A DNA stretch of 64,000 nt from Octopus vulgaris (GCA_951406725.2 OX597837.1:7936001-8000000), one strand, 5' to 3'. Positions 12,898 to 28,316 are shown, counted from the first letter of the stretch. Notes: generated by a model not told the origin, from the sequence alone. Numbers and translations: made by a program.

Positions 12898-13701
12898 CAG
12901 AGCCGTCGCTAAGGCCCTGCAACCCCTGCGGTCACAGGATGTCTCCGCAGTTGAGGGGTCCCATGATAAGAGCAAAGTACGTAGATTAGTCATCTATTTA
13001 TTGTGGTTAAAATGCTGAACAAGAATTAAACTATCTACGTCAGCGGTTCCCAACGGTTTTGCAATCGCGACCCCTTACCCAAAAGCTTGAAACCCACGCG
13101 ATACCCAACAATCAGCAGATCATAAAAAATATAATTGATGAGTTGAAATTAATATTATCCCAAGCTACTTCAAGCAAGGCTACGCGCGACCCGCTCCAGG
13201 GGGCCGGGAACCACTTGTTGGGAACCCCTGATCTATGTTAACTGAAAATCTGAAGAAATAAAATGGTAATACATTGTACCTGCAGAAGTTCTTGTAAAAG
13301 TCTTACATTGTGCCACAAACGTGTACCAGACTTTATAGATTGTCTATGATATCTTTTGAACACGAACTTAGCTCTCAGCTTCATTATTCTGAACGGATCG
13401 ATGATTTTGCAAAGCGAAAAGTGCGCCGTGTTTGTCTTTGAAAGTTGTCTGGATTATAAAAGTGCTCTTTTATTCGTATCTGGAAGACTTACTTATTGAA
13501 ATTTGTAATAGACCTAAATAAATTTAACTTGTACTTTTAAAGATGTTCTTTAGGATAACACGAAATATTGAACTTCGGATAGAATGAAGTAAAAATATAG
13601 CTATGAATAAAAGGTGCGTTGATTATGAAGTTTGATTGAAGGGATGGGGCCTCGAAACAAAAAAGTTGCAGGGGGCCTCTGAAAGTCACGCGACGGAGCT
13701 G
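12898..13701 (+). mobile_element. Deleted hAT element retaining the transposase C-terminus, with a nested hAT MITE (13041-13230)
   Basis: Imperfect TIRs cagagccgtcgc / gcgacggagctg; 13359-13441 reads EHELSSQLHYSERIDDFAKRKVRRVCL*; inner MITE TIRs CAGCGGTTCCCAAC / GTTGGGAACCCCTG flanked by 8-bp atctacgt / atctatgt. Confidence 0.65.
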
Positions 13702-14644
13702 CTTGAGGGTCCATAAGATTTTTGGCAGCTAGTTGGAAGAATCGTTTGCACGCTGGACGAAATTCTTAGCGGTATTTCACCCGTCGCTACATTATGAGTT
13801 CAAATTCCGACGAGGTCGACTTTGCCTTTCATCCTTTCGGGGGTCGATAAATTAAGTACTAGTGAAACACTGGGGTCGAGGTAATCGATTAGCCACCCGC
13901 CTCCTCCAACATTTCAGGTTTTGTGCGTTTACTAGAAAAGATATGAGATTTTTGGAGGGCAAAGCAAGCAAAATAGGGCAAGACTTCCACCCGTTCCCCC
14001 CCCACCAAAAAAAAACCACCCTTTAAAAAAAATTTTTTTTTTCGACACAAGCCCCCACCTTTTCGGCTACAGGGAATACGAATCTGCAAAAAAACTGGCA
14101 AAAATCGACCTTTCTAAATTACCACGCCACCCCTATTTCCTTCATTTTAAACTTTTTTCACATTTTTTTTCAAAATATGCGGGAAAATACGGACAAAATT
14201 TTCAAAACACTTCTGAACTTACGTTTATGGTTTTAGGGTTAGGATGTTAGGGTTTTAGGGTTAGTGTTGAGGAAAAAAGTCAAAATTGAAGAAGTTAGGG
14301 GAACGGGAGGTATTTCACAATGCCGATTTTTGGAAATTTTCCGGAACCTCCGTATCCGAAAACGGGGATTTTTGGCAAAAAAAAGTACAGAAAAAATTTT
14401 TTTTTGAGAAAATTGGGAGGTGGGGGCGGAAGTCTTTTCCAAATTAGCAAATAGGGAATCCGCAGTATTATTTTAAAGGTCCAGGATAAAACTTTGCTTC
14501 GGGTGTATACACTGCAAGAAAAAGCGTCGTTTCTTTCTGCAACATGGTTCAACGTCACACAAGTGAATGCGTGGAAAAACAATTAGGAACATTATTTACA
14601 TTATTTACATTTGACGGATATTTGTCCTCATCTTGTTTGTTGTT

Positions 14645-14690
14645 AACATAACGTTTCGGCTGATATACCCTCCAGCCTTCATCAGGTGTC
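14645..14690 (-). ncRNA. Minimal type I hammerhead ribozyme with a canonical core
   Basis: GACAC-CTGATGA-A-GGCTG-gagggtatat-CAGCC-GAAA-CG-TT-ATGTT; homologous to 45213-45258. Confidence 0.75.
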
Positions 14691-16082
14691 TCATTCCTAA
14701 GGTATTTTTTGATGTTGTTATTGTTATTAAAGTCACATTATCTTTATTCCTCATCTCTTAACAAATTAGGAAGTTTGAAAGAAATAGCTTTTATCTGTTA
14801 TCTTGTTTCAGTTATTTGACTGCGGCCATGCCGGAGCATCACCTTGAAAGGTTTTAGTCGAACAAATCGACCCCACCCAGAATTTTTGTTTTTGTAATGT
14901 CGTGTCGCTTTTGCCGGGCTGCTAGATTACGGGGACGTAAACATACCAACACCGGTTGTCGAGGACAAACACACATAGATATATATATATGTAAAAGACG
15001 GGCTTCTTTCAGTTTCCATCCACCAAATCCACTCGCAAGGCTTTGGTTGGCCCGAGGCTATAGTAGAAGACACTTGCCCAAGGTGTCATATAGCGGGACT
15101 GAACCTAGAACCATGTGGTTGGGAAGCAAGCTTCTTACCACACTGTCACGCCTATAAAACGAGTACAGACAATGTTTGATGAGGAGCAGAGCTGTGGGGC
15201 GCTGTGACCCGGCCTTAACGAAAGAGTTTTTCAGTGTGGGCGGGTAACCCTAAATGATATTTTTGAAATTTTAATTACTATCACGACCATCACTACAACC
15301 ACCAACATGATCACCACCACCACAACCACTACCAACACTACAACCATCGCAGCTATCAACGGCACCACCATAACAATCGCAACCGTCACCACCACAACCA
15401 TAATCATCACCACCACCACACCATAACTACCACCACCACTACAAACATCACTACCACAACAGCAGCCACTACCATTACCACTAACACCAATACTATCACC
15501 ATCACAATCATCAACACAACCATTGCCAAAACTACAACCACCACCACCACCACCACCACCACCACCATAATCATTAACACAACCACCACCATCGCAACCG
15601 TCACCAACAATACCACTACCTATACTACAGATGGTAAAAACGTTGAATAGATTATATTTGAGTTTCGAGTTGCTGTTGTTGCAATTAATATTAATTTAGT
15701 AAATTAATAATTGAACTTTGATTGTGTGTGTGTGTATGTGTTAGAGAGAAATGGCGGGTATGTGTGATAATGTGTGTTGTGTGTGTGTGAGCGAGCACGT
15801 GTACCTATGTGTAAGTTTCTGATGTGTGTGTATGAATGGGTGTGTGAGAGAGAGAACGTGTGTGTTTGTGTGTGTATGTATGTGAGTGAATATATCTGTG
15901 ATATGTGAGTGAGAGTATGTGTGTCTGAGAGAGAGTATGTGTGTGTGTGTGCATGTACTTGCACAAGTCTATGTGGACTGATTTAGAGAGAGAGAGAGAG
16001 AGAGAGAGAGCACGTGTGTACGTATATGTAAGAGCATAAGAGTGTATGTATGTGTGAGTGGACTTCTATACAGATATGTGTT

Positions 16083-16113
<31 letters not shown>

Positions 16114-16511
16114 AATAATGTGCGTGTGAGAGATAGCACGTGTGTGCGTGTATATAAGCGCTTGAGTGTGTGTGTGTGTAAAATATGTGTGAAATATTGT
16201 TCACGTGTGTATGTATGTGCGTGACGCGTCTGTGTATATATGTATGCGTCAGTGAGAAGTGTGTGTGTGTGTATGGAACTGTATATGTCTATATACATGT
16301 GTTTGCAGAGAGAGAGAGAAAAAAAAATGAACATGCAATTTCGAAAGCAAATCAAAATTGATGTTAATTACATATGAGAATATGTGCGCGCGTGTATATA
16401 TATGTATGTACACACAGATATATACACACACAATACATTTATGCCTACATACAAAATATTTTTTATGCATATTGTATACATACATATACAGAATATGTAT
16501 TGTGTGTGTAT

Positions 16512-16594
<83 letters not shown>

Positions 16595-17026
16595 ATATAT
16601 ACACACACAAATACGTACACCCATATTCATATATATATACGCAAACATTTATATATTCGTATATGCACCCATATATTTCTATAATACACACCCAAGAAAA
16701 ATATACACATATAATATTATAATATACACAAGTATAAATACGTAGATATATACAGATACAAGTGTATTTATATTAATAAATGCACATACACACACATATT
16801 TACGTCCCAAGAGACATATTCATATACCTATGCAAGCGCTTCCACCTCGTAATATATATATATACACACACACACACACATACATATGTATACAATATAT
16901 ACATCAACATCTGCTTATATTGACACGCATACACACATATATATATATATATGTACACACATATGCATAAACATTATATACACACGCATGTGTATACAAT
17001 ATATACAGCAGCATTTACTTATATTG

Positions 17027-17071
<45 letters not shown>

Positions 17072-17435
17072 CACACGTACACACATGCATAAACATTATA
17101 TATACGCACATGTATATACACATATCAATATTTATATTCACAAGACCTGAAATTTTGGGGAGGAGGCGGGGCAGTCGATTAGATCGGCCCCCAGTACGCA
17201 ACAGGTACTTCATTCATTGACATACACATTCACACACACATATACGTAGATACACACATGCATAAACACACACACACACACAATATATATATACACAACT
17301 AAAAGAATGAAAGAGGCGAGAGAAGGACGATTGAAGCAGGTGGAAGTATGTGGCAAAACGAAGGTACATGTGTGTATATATACATGTGTGTATATATACA
17401 TGTGTGTACATATACACACATTCACTAACGCTCAA

Positions 17436-17468
<33 letters not shown>

Positions 17469-17799
17469 CACGTTACACGCAAGTACATGAATACATCTGT
17501 TAACAAAGTAGCGAAAGATTTTTCGAAGCTTTATTGATAAAAAGAAAAGAACCTTAAAAGAGAAGCCACAGTTGTGTGTGTGTGCGTGTGTCAGTGAGAG
17601 AATATGTATGTGTGTGTGTTTGCGTGTGTTGAACTGTATAATTGCTTCACAGGTGCTCTTTTCTGTGTTCACAAGACGAAACACGCGCAGCAAACCCTTT
17701 TATTTATATATATATATATATATATCTCTATCACTAACACACACAACTATATAAATATATAAGCCTCTTAGTGTTTACACACAGATATATACACACATC

Positions 17800-17854
<55 letters not shown>

Positions 17855-17859
17855 GTAGG

Positions 17860-17890
<31 letters not shown>

Positions 17891-17909
17891 GTAGATAGAT
17901 AGGTAGATT

Positions 17910-17944
<35 letters not shown>

Positions 17945-17989
17945 GGATGGATAGATAGATAGGTAGATGGATAGATAGATAGGTAGATT

Positions 17990-18032
<43 letters not shown>

Positions 18033-18107
18033 TGATTGATTGATTGATAGATAGATAGATAGATAGGTAGATAGATAGATAGATAGGTAGATAGATAGAT
18101 AGATAGG

Positions 18108-18138
<31 letters not shown>

Positions 18139-18241
18139 GTAGATAGATAGATAGATAGGTAGATAGATAGGTAGATTGATAAGTAGATGGATAGATGGAT
18201 AGGTAGATGGATAGATAGATGGATAGATAGATAGGTAGATG

Positions 18242-18292
<51 letters not shown>
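17800..18292. repeat. (GATA)n tetranucleotide microsatellite, ~490 bp
   Basis: Direct inspection; representative of many (TA)n, (CA)n, (GA)n, (TATC)n and (AAT)n tracts. Confidence 0.95.
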
Positions 18293-18555
18293 GCGTGTGT
18301 ATTTGTGTATCAAGTTTTACAGGATAAAAGTGTGTATATATTATATATATAAATACAAACAAGATTTTTATATACTAATAAGCAACGCAGACACCATAAA
18401 CTTATAGACAATATATGTGCGTATATGTATGTATGTTTAACGGTTTTATACCTTGACTTAATACACACCACTATATAACACTTTTACCGTGAATTATACA
18501 CGCATATCGAAAGCATAAAAGTACAGTAGGCATATAAATGTGTGTGCATGCAAGC

Positions 18556-18589
<34 letters not shown>

Positions 18590-19014
18590 CATTTTCCATG
18601 CTTTTGTTTTTTGTTCTCGTTTCATTTTGTTCACGTTTTTTTTGACGTCCTGTACCCTTATATGCATATATATGTATGTATATATGCATATATATATATT
18701 ATTTATATTATTATCATTATTATTATTATTATACACACACACGCTATGAATATAATTATGTTAGAAAATGAAGTTCTCTTTGATATCAACAGAATCTATA
18801 TTCCTCGTGTCGCTAATACACCTTATATACACAGAACACGATGAAGCGGGTGTATGTGTATACACACACACACAAACACACACATATTTATATACATAAA
18901 ATCATACACGTACACATATATACATACACATATAGAAACAAATATACGCATGTAAACACACACAATTCTCCCTTTTCCATTGGTATTTATATATGTAAAG
19001 CAGGAAAGTGTTCG

Positions 19015-19065
<51 letters not shown>

Positions 19066-19077
19066 GTGTGTGTCTAT

Positions 19078-19111
<34 letters not shown>

Positions 19112-20611
19112 CACACACGTGCACGTATGTAAGTGTATATTTATATATCCATGCATTAATTAAATTATTTGAACGATTATTCGTTAACCTACGATATGTT
19201 TGAGAGAGAGAGAGAGAGATAATCTCTATGAAGAAGAGATTAAACTGAGAGATAGACAGATTGAGAGGAGGGGGAGAGAGAGAGAGAGAGCAACAAGATT
19301 GTGTGTGAGAGAGAGATAGAACGTGTGTGAGGGATAGTAAGAGGAGAGTGGTAGAAACTGACGAAAAGATAGTAAGAGAGAGAGAGAGAGAGAGATAGTG
19401 TTAGAAAGTGTAAAAAAAGGGGAGAAAGAGGAATAATGTGAGAGTGAGTAAGAGATAGAAAGAAAGATATACAGGCTGTTTTAGAGAAGCAAGGTGAGAG
19501 AGAGAGAGAAAGAGAGAGAGAGGCTGTGTTTGTGATGAGAGACGGACAGACTGTATTAGAAAGAGAGAAATTGTGTTAAAGAGAAGAGAAAGGGTAAAAG
19601 AAATATGTAGAGAGAGAGAGTAAGAGAGATAGACAGACTGTGAGAGAGAGAGACAAACTATGTTAAAGAGGGAATGAGAGCGAGAGAAAGAGAGACAGAA
19701 ACAGCGTGAGAGAAAAGGCGAGAGAGAGAGAAACAGACTGTGATAGAGAAGCAGAGAGATACATAGATTGTGCATGAGAGAGAGAGAGATGTGTATAAGA
19801 GGGAGAGAAAGGAGGATAGATAGAGACAAGGTGTAAAGAGAGAGTTATAGTTTGTGTGTTGAAAGGAAGATAAACTGTGTGGAGAGGATAGGAGAGCGAG
19901 AGATGAGAGATAGACAGAAAAAGTATGTGAGAGAAAGGAAGGAGGATGGATATATAGAGAGTGAGTGAGAGAGAGAGAGGGATAGGATTGTGAAAGAGAG
20001 AAAGTAAGAGTTGTGCTAATACGTGTGGTTTTTTTTTTTAAAACAAAAATTTTGTTGTTTTTGGTTAACTTGCAAGGACAGGTGGAGTGGATAAAGAACA
20101 TGAATACAACGAAAACAGCTTAATAATAATAATAATAATAATAAACGATAATTTAAACAGGCTGTAACTGACAGTAAAGAACAATAAGAATATGTGTATA
20201 TATATATATATACAAACACGTATTTGTGACACGAAATGGGGAGGTGGGGAAGTTCAGGTAAAAATCAAGGTAGAACGAAAGAGTTATAAGACACGACAAT
20301 GTGAAACAAAAAAAAAATATTTATAAACTAGCAAAGAATAAAGGTATTATATATAGCTATATATATATACATATGTTGATAAATATATATGTATATATAT
20401 ATATATAGACGCACCGATAATTAACAAAACGTATTATATATATACACAGCACATGTCTGTGTGTAGATATATATAAATATATAATCTACCTGAATGAACA
20501 TACGTATTTGATTCAAACTATATTACCCATTTATACGTGTTTTCTGTAATAAACATACGTACAAGTATTAAATTATGTTATATATACAATACACACACTT
20601 TAACTATACTT

Positions 20612-20664
<53 letters not shown>

Positions 20665-20899
20665 CGTATTTTATTTGACTAGCGAAATTACTTCAGGTGT
20701 GTGTGTGTATCGACGAAGAAGTACAAGATGTATAGACATAGTTATATATTTTTATGTGAACACATGGTGTGTTTAAATTAACGGTGTATTTATAATGCAA
20801 AAGGACGAAATAGAATAAAAAGGGATGGGTTTATAACATTTTATTTTTAAACATACACGGACATATAGACAAAAATCAACAACTCCGTTACGCACACAC

Positions 20900-20934
<35 letters not shown>

Positions 20935-22015
20935 ATACACATATATATAACGGGTTAAATATACATACATATGTGTGCATATATATCTTGCCGTTATTTT
21001 CTGTGCATACACGAGAGCTAATTATATAAATTTATATAAAACCGGGAACTTGTATATACATATACACATATAATAAACGTATGTATATGCCTACAGGTAC
21101 ACACAAAAATATGACCCGAGGAATTAAACAGATATATACACATATTTATATATTTATATACACATTTCTACTTCATGTACTAAAAGCAATTCTATATATA
21201 CATATATATACACGCATTTATATAATACCGGGAAACAAACGCACACACACACACACATATATATACATATATAGATAGATATACAGCATACATACATATA
21301 TAAATTTAATATATATATTTATATACACACATACAAATTGCCGGATTTTCTTACATGCACCAAAACAGCGAACCAACATATATATATATACATATATACA
21401 TACACATATACATAAATATATATATATATAATTTGCCGGGTTTTCTTCGATTACATGCGTCAAAATCCTAAACCTACATATATCTATATTCCTAAACACG
21501 CACACATATATTTTCTCTTTTATATATATATATATATACATATATATACACAGACACATTTTTACCTACTTATACACATACGTAGACACGAAATGCACTT
21601 TACCTAGCCATTTAAATTACATACACACACACATATATATATATTTTATATACATACAAAACATATACCAACAATTATATACATATGTAATCCAGAAAGC
21701 AGGTACTCCACACACACCTTTGTATCTCTCTATACATATAACTATATATCTATCTATATATATACCTATATATTTACACACCTACACAAACACACACATA
21801 TATATATACATATATATAATATATATACGTACAAAACATATACCAACAATTATATACATATGTAATCCAGAAAGCAGGTACTCCACACACACCTATATAT
21901 CTCTCTATACATATAACTATATATCTATATATATACCTATATATTTACACACCCACACAAACACACACACACACATATATATATCTATCTATATATATAT
22001 ATATTTATAACTTAC

Positions 22016-23110
22016 CTCTTCTCCTTGTTGGTGGTCGTTTAGTATATTATCTCCGTTAGTCAATCCTTGCTCCCCGTTTTGTAAAGTAGAGATACCAACC
22101 ACACGTTCCAACTTGGACTCCTTCCGTAAAGCGTCGTTGTTGTTGTTCTGCTTAGTATTATTATTATTATTGTTGTTGTTGCTATTAAAACAACCGTTGT
22201 TATTAAGAATATTATTTGTACTATTATTATTATTATTACTACTACAGCTATTACTATTACTACTACTACTAATACTACTAGAATTACTACTACTACTATT
22301 GTTACTATTAACATTACCGTTATAAAAGTTAACGGCAACTGGGGAGGCACAGGTCGTCGTCGCCGTATTGGCCGACCTGTTGTTGTTGCTGTTGTTAGTA
22401 TTATTATTATTATTAGTATTATTACTAATTGGTGTTGTGTTTATTGTTGTTGTTGTGGTGTTGTTGTTGTTGTTGGCGTTGTTGTCGTCTTTCTTGACAA
22501 CAACAACCATTGCTGCTGCTGAGGTTGTTGCTGCTGCTGCTGCTGGTAATATTGTTGTCGTGGCCGTCGTTGTGGTGGTCGTGGCGGTCGCCGTGACGGC
22601 GGCAGTGGCTGCTACAGCTGTTGTTGCTGCTGCTGCTGCTGTTGGCAGTAATTGCTGCTGCTGTTGATGTTGTTGTTGTTGCTGTTGTGTCGAATTCACC
22701 ATCAGCATTATTTTCGACATTTCCATCGAAGATAACGCTGCTGTTGTTGTTGTTGCTGATGCTGCTGCTGCTGCGATTGCTGCTGCTGATGATGCTGCTG
22801 ATGGTGGCGGCGACTGCGACGGCGGCGGTGGCGCTGCTACCGTTGTTACCGTTCCTGCTGTCATCATTGTCATCGCCGTCGTCATCGTCGTCGTCGTCAT
22901 ACAACCAGCTGCTGCTGCTGCTTCTTCCGCTGCTGCTGCTTCTGCTGCTGATGGTGTTATTACCGCTGCTGCTGCTGTTGATGTTGCTGCTGTTGTTGTT
23001 GTTGTTGGTATTTTTGTCATCATCATCATCGTTGTCATCGTCGGCTGCCTCTTCATCGCCGCCACACTTTTCGTCGTCGTCATCACATCAGAGGTCGCTG
23101 TCGTCGGTGG
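22016..23110 (-). CDS. Probable coding exon (365 codons) of an unidentified host gene; Thr/Ala/Asn/Gln homopolymer-rich
   Basis: Polypyrimidine tract + AG at 23111-23112, GAG|GTAAG donor at 22016/22015, 1095 nt open and phase 0 at both ends, only trinucleotide repeats inside, complex C-terminal part DALRKESKLERVVGISTLQNGEQGLTNGDNILNDHQQGEE. Confidence 0.7.
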
Positions 23111-23694
23111 CTAAAAAAGAAAACCAAAAAAAAAAACAACAAAAAAAAGAACCTTTATTGTTGTTGTAATTGTTGTTGTTGCTTTCGTTGTTCTTGTAAG
23201 CGAAGCTGTCGCCACCTTACGGACTCAACTGACAGCTTGACTGCCGCCGTCTTGCGACGTGTGCCCGCCTCTGTGTGTATGTGTGTGTTTATTTTCTGTA
23301 TATATATATATGCGTGTGTGTGTGTTAACAGTTATCTGTATGTATGTATCTACCTCTACATGTATGTATATATGTATGTATGTGTGTGTGTGTGTGTATT
23401 TGTTTATTTTTCTGTACCTGTATGTAAATATATATATATGTATATATCCATACTTCTGTTTGTGTGTGTCTTTACCTAATAGTGTATGTTTACCTGTGTG
23501 TCAAAGCGTGTATTTACCTATGTGTACGTGTGTGTTCATATATATAAATATATATGTGTGTGTGTATTTGTTTATTTTTCTGTACCTGTATGTAAATATA
23601 TATGTATGTATATATCCAAACCTCTGTGTGTGTCTTTACCTAATAGTGTATGTTTACCTGTGTATCAAAGCGTGTATTTACCTGTAAGTACGTG

Positions 23695-23746
<52 letters not shown>

Positions 23747-24107
23747 ATTATATGTATATATGTATGATTATATGTATATATGTATGTTTATATGTATGTA
23801 TATATGTATACCTGTGTATGTATATGTATGTTTACCTTTGTGTAGCAATGCGTGAATGTGTCTGTGATTGCGTATACATATATTTATCTCCCTATATATG
23901 TGTGTGTGTGTATGTATGTGTATTTACCAGTGTGTGAGAATGTATGTGCTCATGTTTGTGTTTACCTCTGTGTAACTATGCATGGAAGTACGTCCGTACC
24001 TGCGTGTGTATATACGTGTGTGTATAAATATATATGTGTGTTCTTACCTGTGTTCATTCATACCTGCGTGAGTTCGTCAGTGTATGTATGTACATTTCTC
24101 TCTCTCT

Positions 24108-24147
<40 letters not shown>

Positions 24148-24594
24148 TGTCTTCTTTCTAACCCTCTCTCTCTTCCCCTCTCTCATATAAGTGTGTGCGA
24201 GTGTCTTTCGGTTTGTGTATATTTGAGGCTACGTTATACATACATACAGACGCATACAAACTTACACACACTCACATATATATAAATATGCATGCGTCTG
24301 TGTGCGTGTGTAATTATTTGTGTGTGTGTGTGTGAAATCGTCCGTGTGTCTAGATGTGCGCACCTGTCTCCAACGAGATACAGCTATATGTGTGTATGCT
24401 TGCGTTATGATTCTCCCTTGTACGTCTGTGTGTGTGTGTGCGTACGTGTGTGTGTGTGTGTTACTATTTCAACTGTTCTTTTTTTTGCTGTTTACTACGG
24501 CTTCTGTCACCTCACCACCACCACCACCACCACCACTACTACTACTACTGCTGCTGCTGCTGCTACTAATACTACTACTACTACTACTACCACC

Positions 24595-24628
<34 letters not shown>

Positions 24629-24682
24629 ATTAAGGTTATTAGGATTGCTTATAACTTGTGATGAAGATATTGATGACGATGG

Positions 24683-24715
<33 letters not shown>

Positions 24716-24939
24716 CGATGGTAATGATGACGATCACGACGATGATGATGACGATGGTGATGACGACGGTGATGACGATGATGAAGATGGTGATATTGGT
24801 GTTATTGTAGGTGATGGTAGAAATGCTGCTGTTGCTGCTGTTGCTGCTGCTGATGAAGCTGATGATGATAATGATGATGATGATAAGGAGGAGGAGGAGG
24901 AAGTGGATTAACAGCAGCACCACACCACCACCAATATCA

Positions 24940-25640
24940 TATGCCATATACCATCACTAAGTACTACCTCCTATACACCAATAACCCCCCCTCTAACCAC
25001 GGGCTACTATCTCCCATACACAAGGTACTCCCTCCCATATATTTAATACCACTGATTACAAGGCACTACCCCTATACTCTAATACTACAACCAATACCAC
25101 CACTACCCACAAGGTACTACCTCCCATACACAGGCACCGCAACTAACACTGAGTACTACATCCCATACACTTAATACCACCACTAACCAAAAGATACTAC
25201 CTCCCATACACCAATACCACTACTAATCACAAGCTACTATCTCCCAAACACTAACACCAAATCCTAAGCACTATATCCCAAACACCAGTATCTTCACTAG
25301 CACTAACTACTACTACCAATACCACCATTAACCACAAGGTACTACCTCCTATACACAGGCACCGCAACTAATACTGAGTACTACATCCCATACACTTAAT
25401 ACCACCACTAAACAAAAGATACTACCTCCCATACACCAATACAACAACTTATCTGAAGCTACTATCTCCCAAACACTAACACCATCACACAAACAGTAAG
25501 TACTATTATACATCCTAAGTACTACATCCTATACACCAGTATCTTCATAGCACTAACTACTACCTCCCATACACCAATACCACCACTAACCACAAGGTAC
25601 TACCTTCCCAACACTAACATTACACTACCACTAACACCAA
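24940..25640. repeat. Degenerate ~40-bp minisatellite (tactacctcccatacaccaataccaccactaaccacaagg-like)
   Basis: Recurrent motif with a larger internal duplication (~25095-25310 vs ~25320-25560). Confidence 0.7.
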
Positions 25641-27640
25641 GAGCACAGCCCCAACTGCACCAGCACCACCATCTATCTCGGTCATCCGATTAATCTTGTT
25701 CCGATTCACGTGACCTTGATCCACCAATCCCATTTCTCTTCTATGTCATGTGATAGCTCTTCACGGCGACATCGAACGTTGTCTGTCAACTGATCGATTT
25801 ACGTCTTTCTAGAACGACCAGTACGAATACTAATGGCGTAGCTGGTGTGTGTCGCTCGGAGAAGACCCTGAGCTGGCTCTCCGCTCCCCCAAAGTGTCGC
25901 CCCCGTAAAAGCGTCGCTCGAGGCGGACCTCCCCTACTCGCCCTCAACCTCTACCAATACCACTGATTATTTCGAGGTGTCCAAGATGGGGTACCACTAG
26001 CAAGATCTTTATTTCACTTGCAGCAATGTCCGACAACGAATCCTTGTTTCTCCAATTGTGTCCGAAAATTCAGGTAATTTATTGCATACCTTCCCAAGTC
26101 ATCTCTACAGATTTGCTTTGGAAATTAGAGCCGGCAGTGAAAGTTACGACGTTTCGTATACGAATATGTCTATGTAAACAAAGCATTCGAAGATGGAAAA
26201 ATGGGAAGTAGGTGTATATGCACATTTCGAGAGTTATTGCTCCTTCTTCAGTATTGCAACTGATATATTAACCACGCATGAACACATTTCTTAAAGAGTC
26301 ACTAAGCTTAGCGGTGCAACATAATTGGATAGACTAATCTTGCATATTAAGTACATTCATGTAAACTGGTACGTATATATTGCTCTCTAATTCTGGCACA
26401 AGGCCAGCAATTTCGGGGTAAGAGCTAAGTCGATTGCATCGAACCCCAGTACTCCACTGGTACTTATTTTATCGACCCCGAAAGGGTTTCAGGCAAAGTC
26501 GACCTCGGCGGAATTTCAACACAGAACGTAACAACGGATGAAACGCCGCTAAGTATTTAGTCCAGCTCTTCCCCTTAAACCAAGTTTTACATATTAAACC
26601 CATTCCTGGCCACTGGTATGTATATATGAATTGCTGGTAGGGACACTGTATTTCGTTATACAACCATAATATACTACGAGGTGCGGCGAGCTGGTAGAAC
26701 CGTTAGCACGCCGGGCGAAATATGTAGCCGTATTTCGTCTGCCGTGACTTTCTGAGTTCAAATTACGCCGAGGTCGACTTTGCCTTTCATCTTTTCGGGG
26801 TCGATAAATTAAGTACCAGTTACGCACTGAGGTCGATGTAATCGACTTAACCCGTTTGTCTGGCCTTGTTTGTCCCCTCTATGTTTGGCCCCTTGTGGGC
26901 AATAAAGAAATAAGTGTTGCACACACTTTCCTTCCTCTTTCCCTCCCTCACTCCCTCTCTCGCATGTGGGTGAGCGCACACACGCATGCACTCTTCAACG
27001 TCCTCACACAACGTCCTGATAATATTCTTTTACGTTAACATGGTGGACAGGTCAGTTTTAGCTTCCCTACTATTATAATGTAAACCTTTTTGAACTCATA
27101 ATATTCTGTGCGTGTATACCAATATTCCACTGAACTTTTTAATAATTCCTTCTGGAAATTATCTTGAGAATGTATAATATATTTACTGCAATCTTTTGTG
27201 CCCAATATTTCAATGAACTTGTTAAACTTTTTTATATTCTTAACATGCTCTTGTCACCAAAGAATGTATATATATGTATTGTAGTACTCTGTGTCAACCA
27301 ATATTCTGTGCGTGTTTGAATATACAGATACAATACCAATATCCCACTGAACTTTTTAATAATTCCTTCTGGAAACTATCTTTAACATGTTCTTGAGAAT
27401 GTATATTTATGTTGTAATCTTTTGTGCCCAATATTTTAAGGAACTTGTTAAACTTTTTTATGTCCTTAACATGTCCTTGTTACCAATGACTGTATATATG
27501 TAATGTAGCATTTTGTAACAACCAATAATTAACGCAACCAAACTTCTACATGTTACTTTTGACAATCTTTTTCCAAAGAGTGAAACCGGTAAAGTAAATG
27601 AACATCTTTTAAAATTGCATTTTCAAACCTTCTTTCGTAT

Positions 27641-27713
<73 letters not shown>

Positions 27714-28316
27714 AAAGGTGCAAGGGTATCTCATTGTTAAACACAAGTAAGAATACCGGAAGCTTGTGTCCCATGTCTTCTAGACTTTATTAGGGTAAAT
27801 CCATGTTCCTCTTCTGTTTGAGGTAGAGAGCATAATCAAGTCGTAATATGAATTTCTTTAAAAAGGTGCAAGGATATTTCCTTGTGAAACTCCTACCCTG
27901 CTTAACTTTACGTTGAGAAAACCATGTTCCTTGTGACCTATTGCGAGACAGAATGTAAATAAGAAAAGTGTGATTGTGTCTCCTTGTTAAACACAAGCGA
28001 GGATTTAGAAATATTGTCTGTCCCTATGTCGAACTTCGTGAGGGTAGAGCCAGGTTTCTTGTGAATAACTTGTTTCAGTCATTTTGGTTGTGGTGGCCAT
28101 ACTGGAGCACCGCCTTTTAGTCGAAGAAATCGCCCCCTGGACTTATTCTTTGTAAGCCTGGCACTTATTCTATCGGTCTCTTTTGCTGAACCGCTGCGTT
28201 ACGGAGATGTAAGCACACAAAGATCGGTTGTCAAGCGATGATAGGACAAACACAGACATAAACACACAAATACATACACACCCACACCCCACACACACAT
28301 ATATATATATATATAT

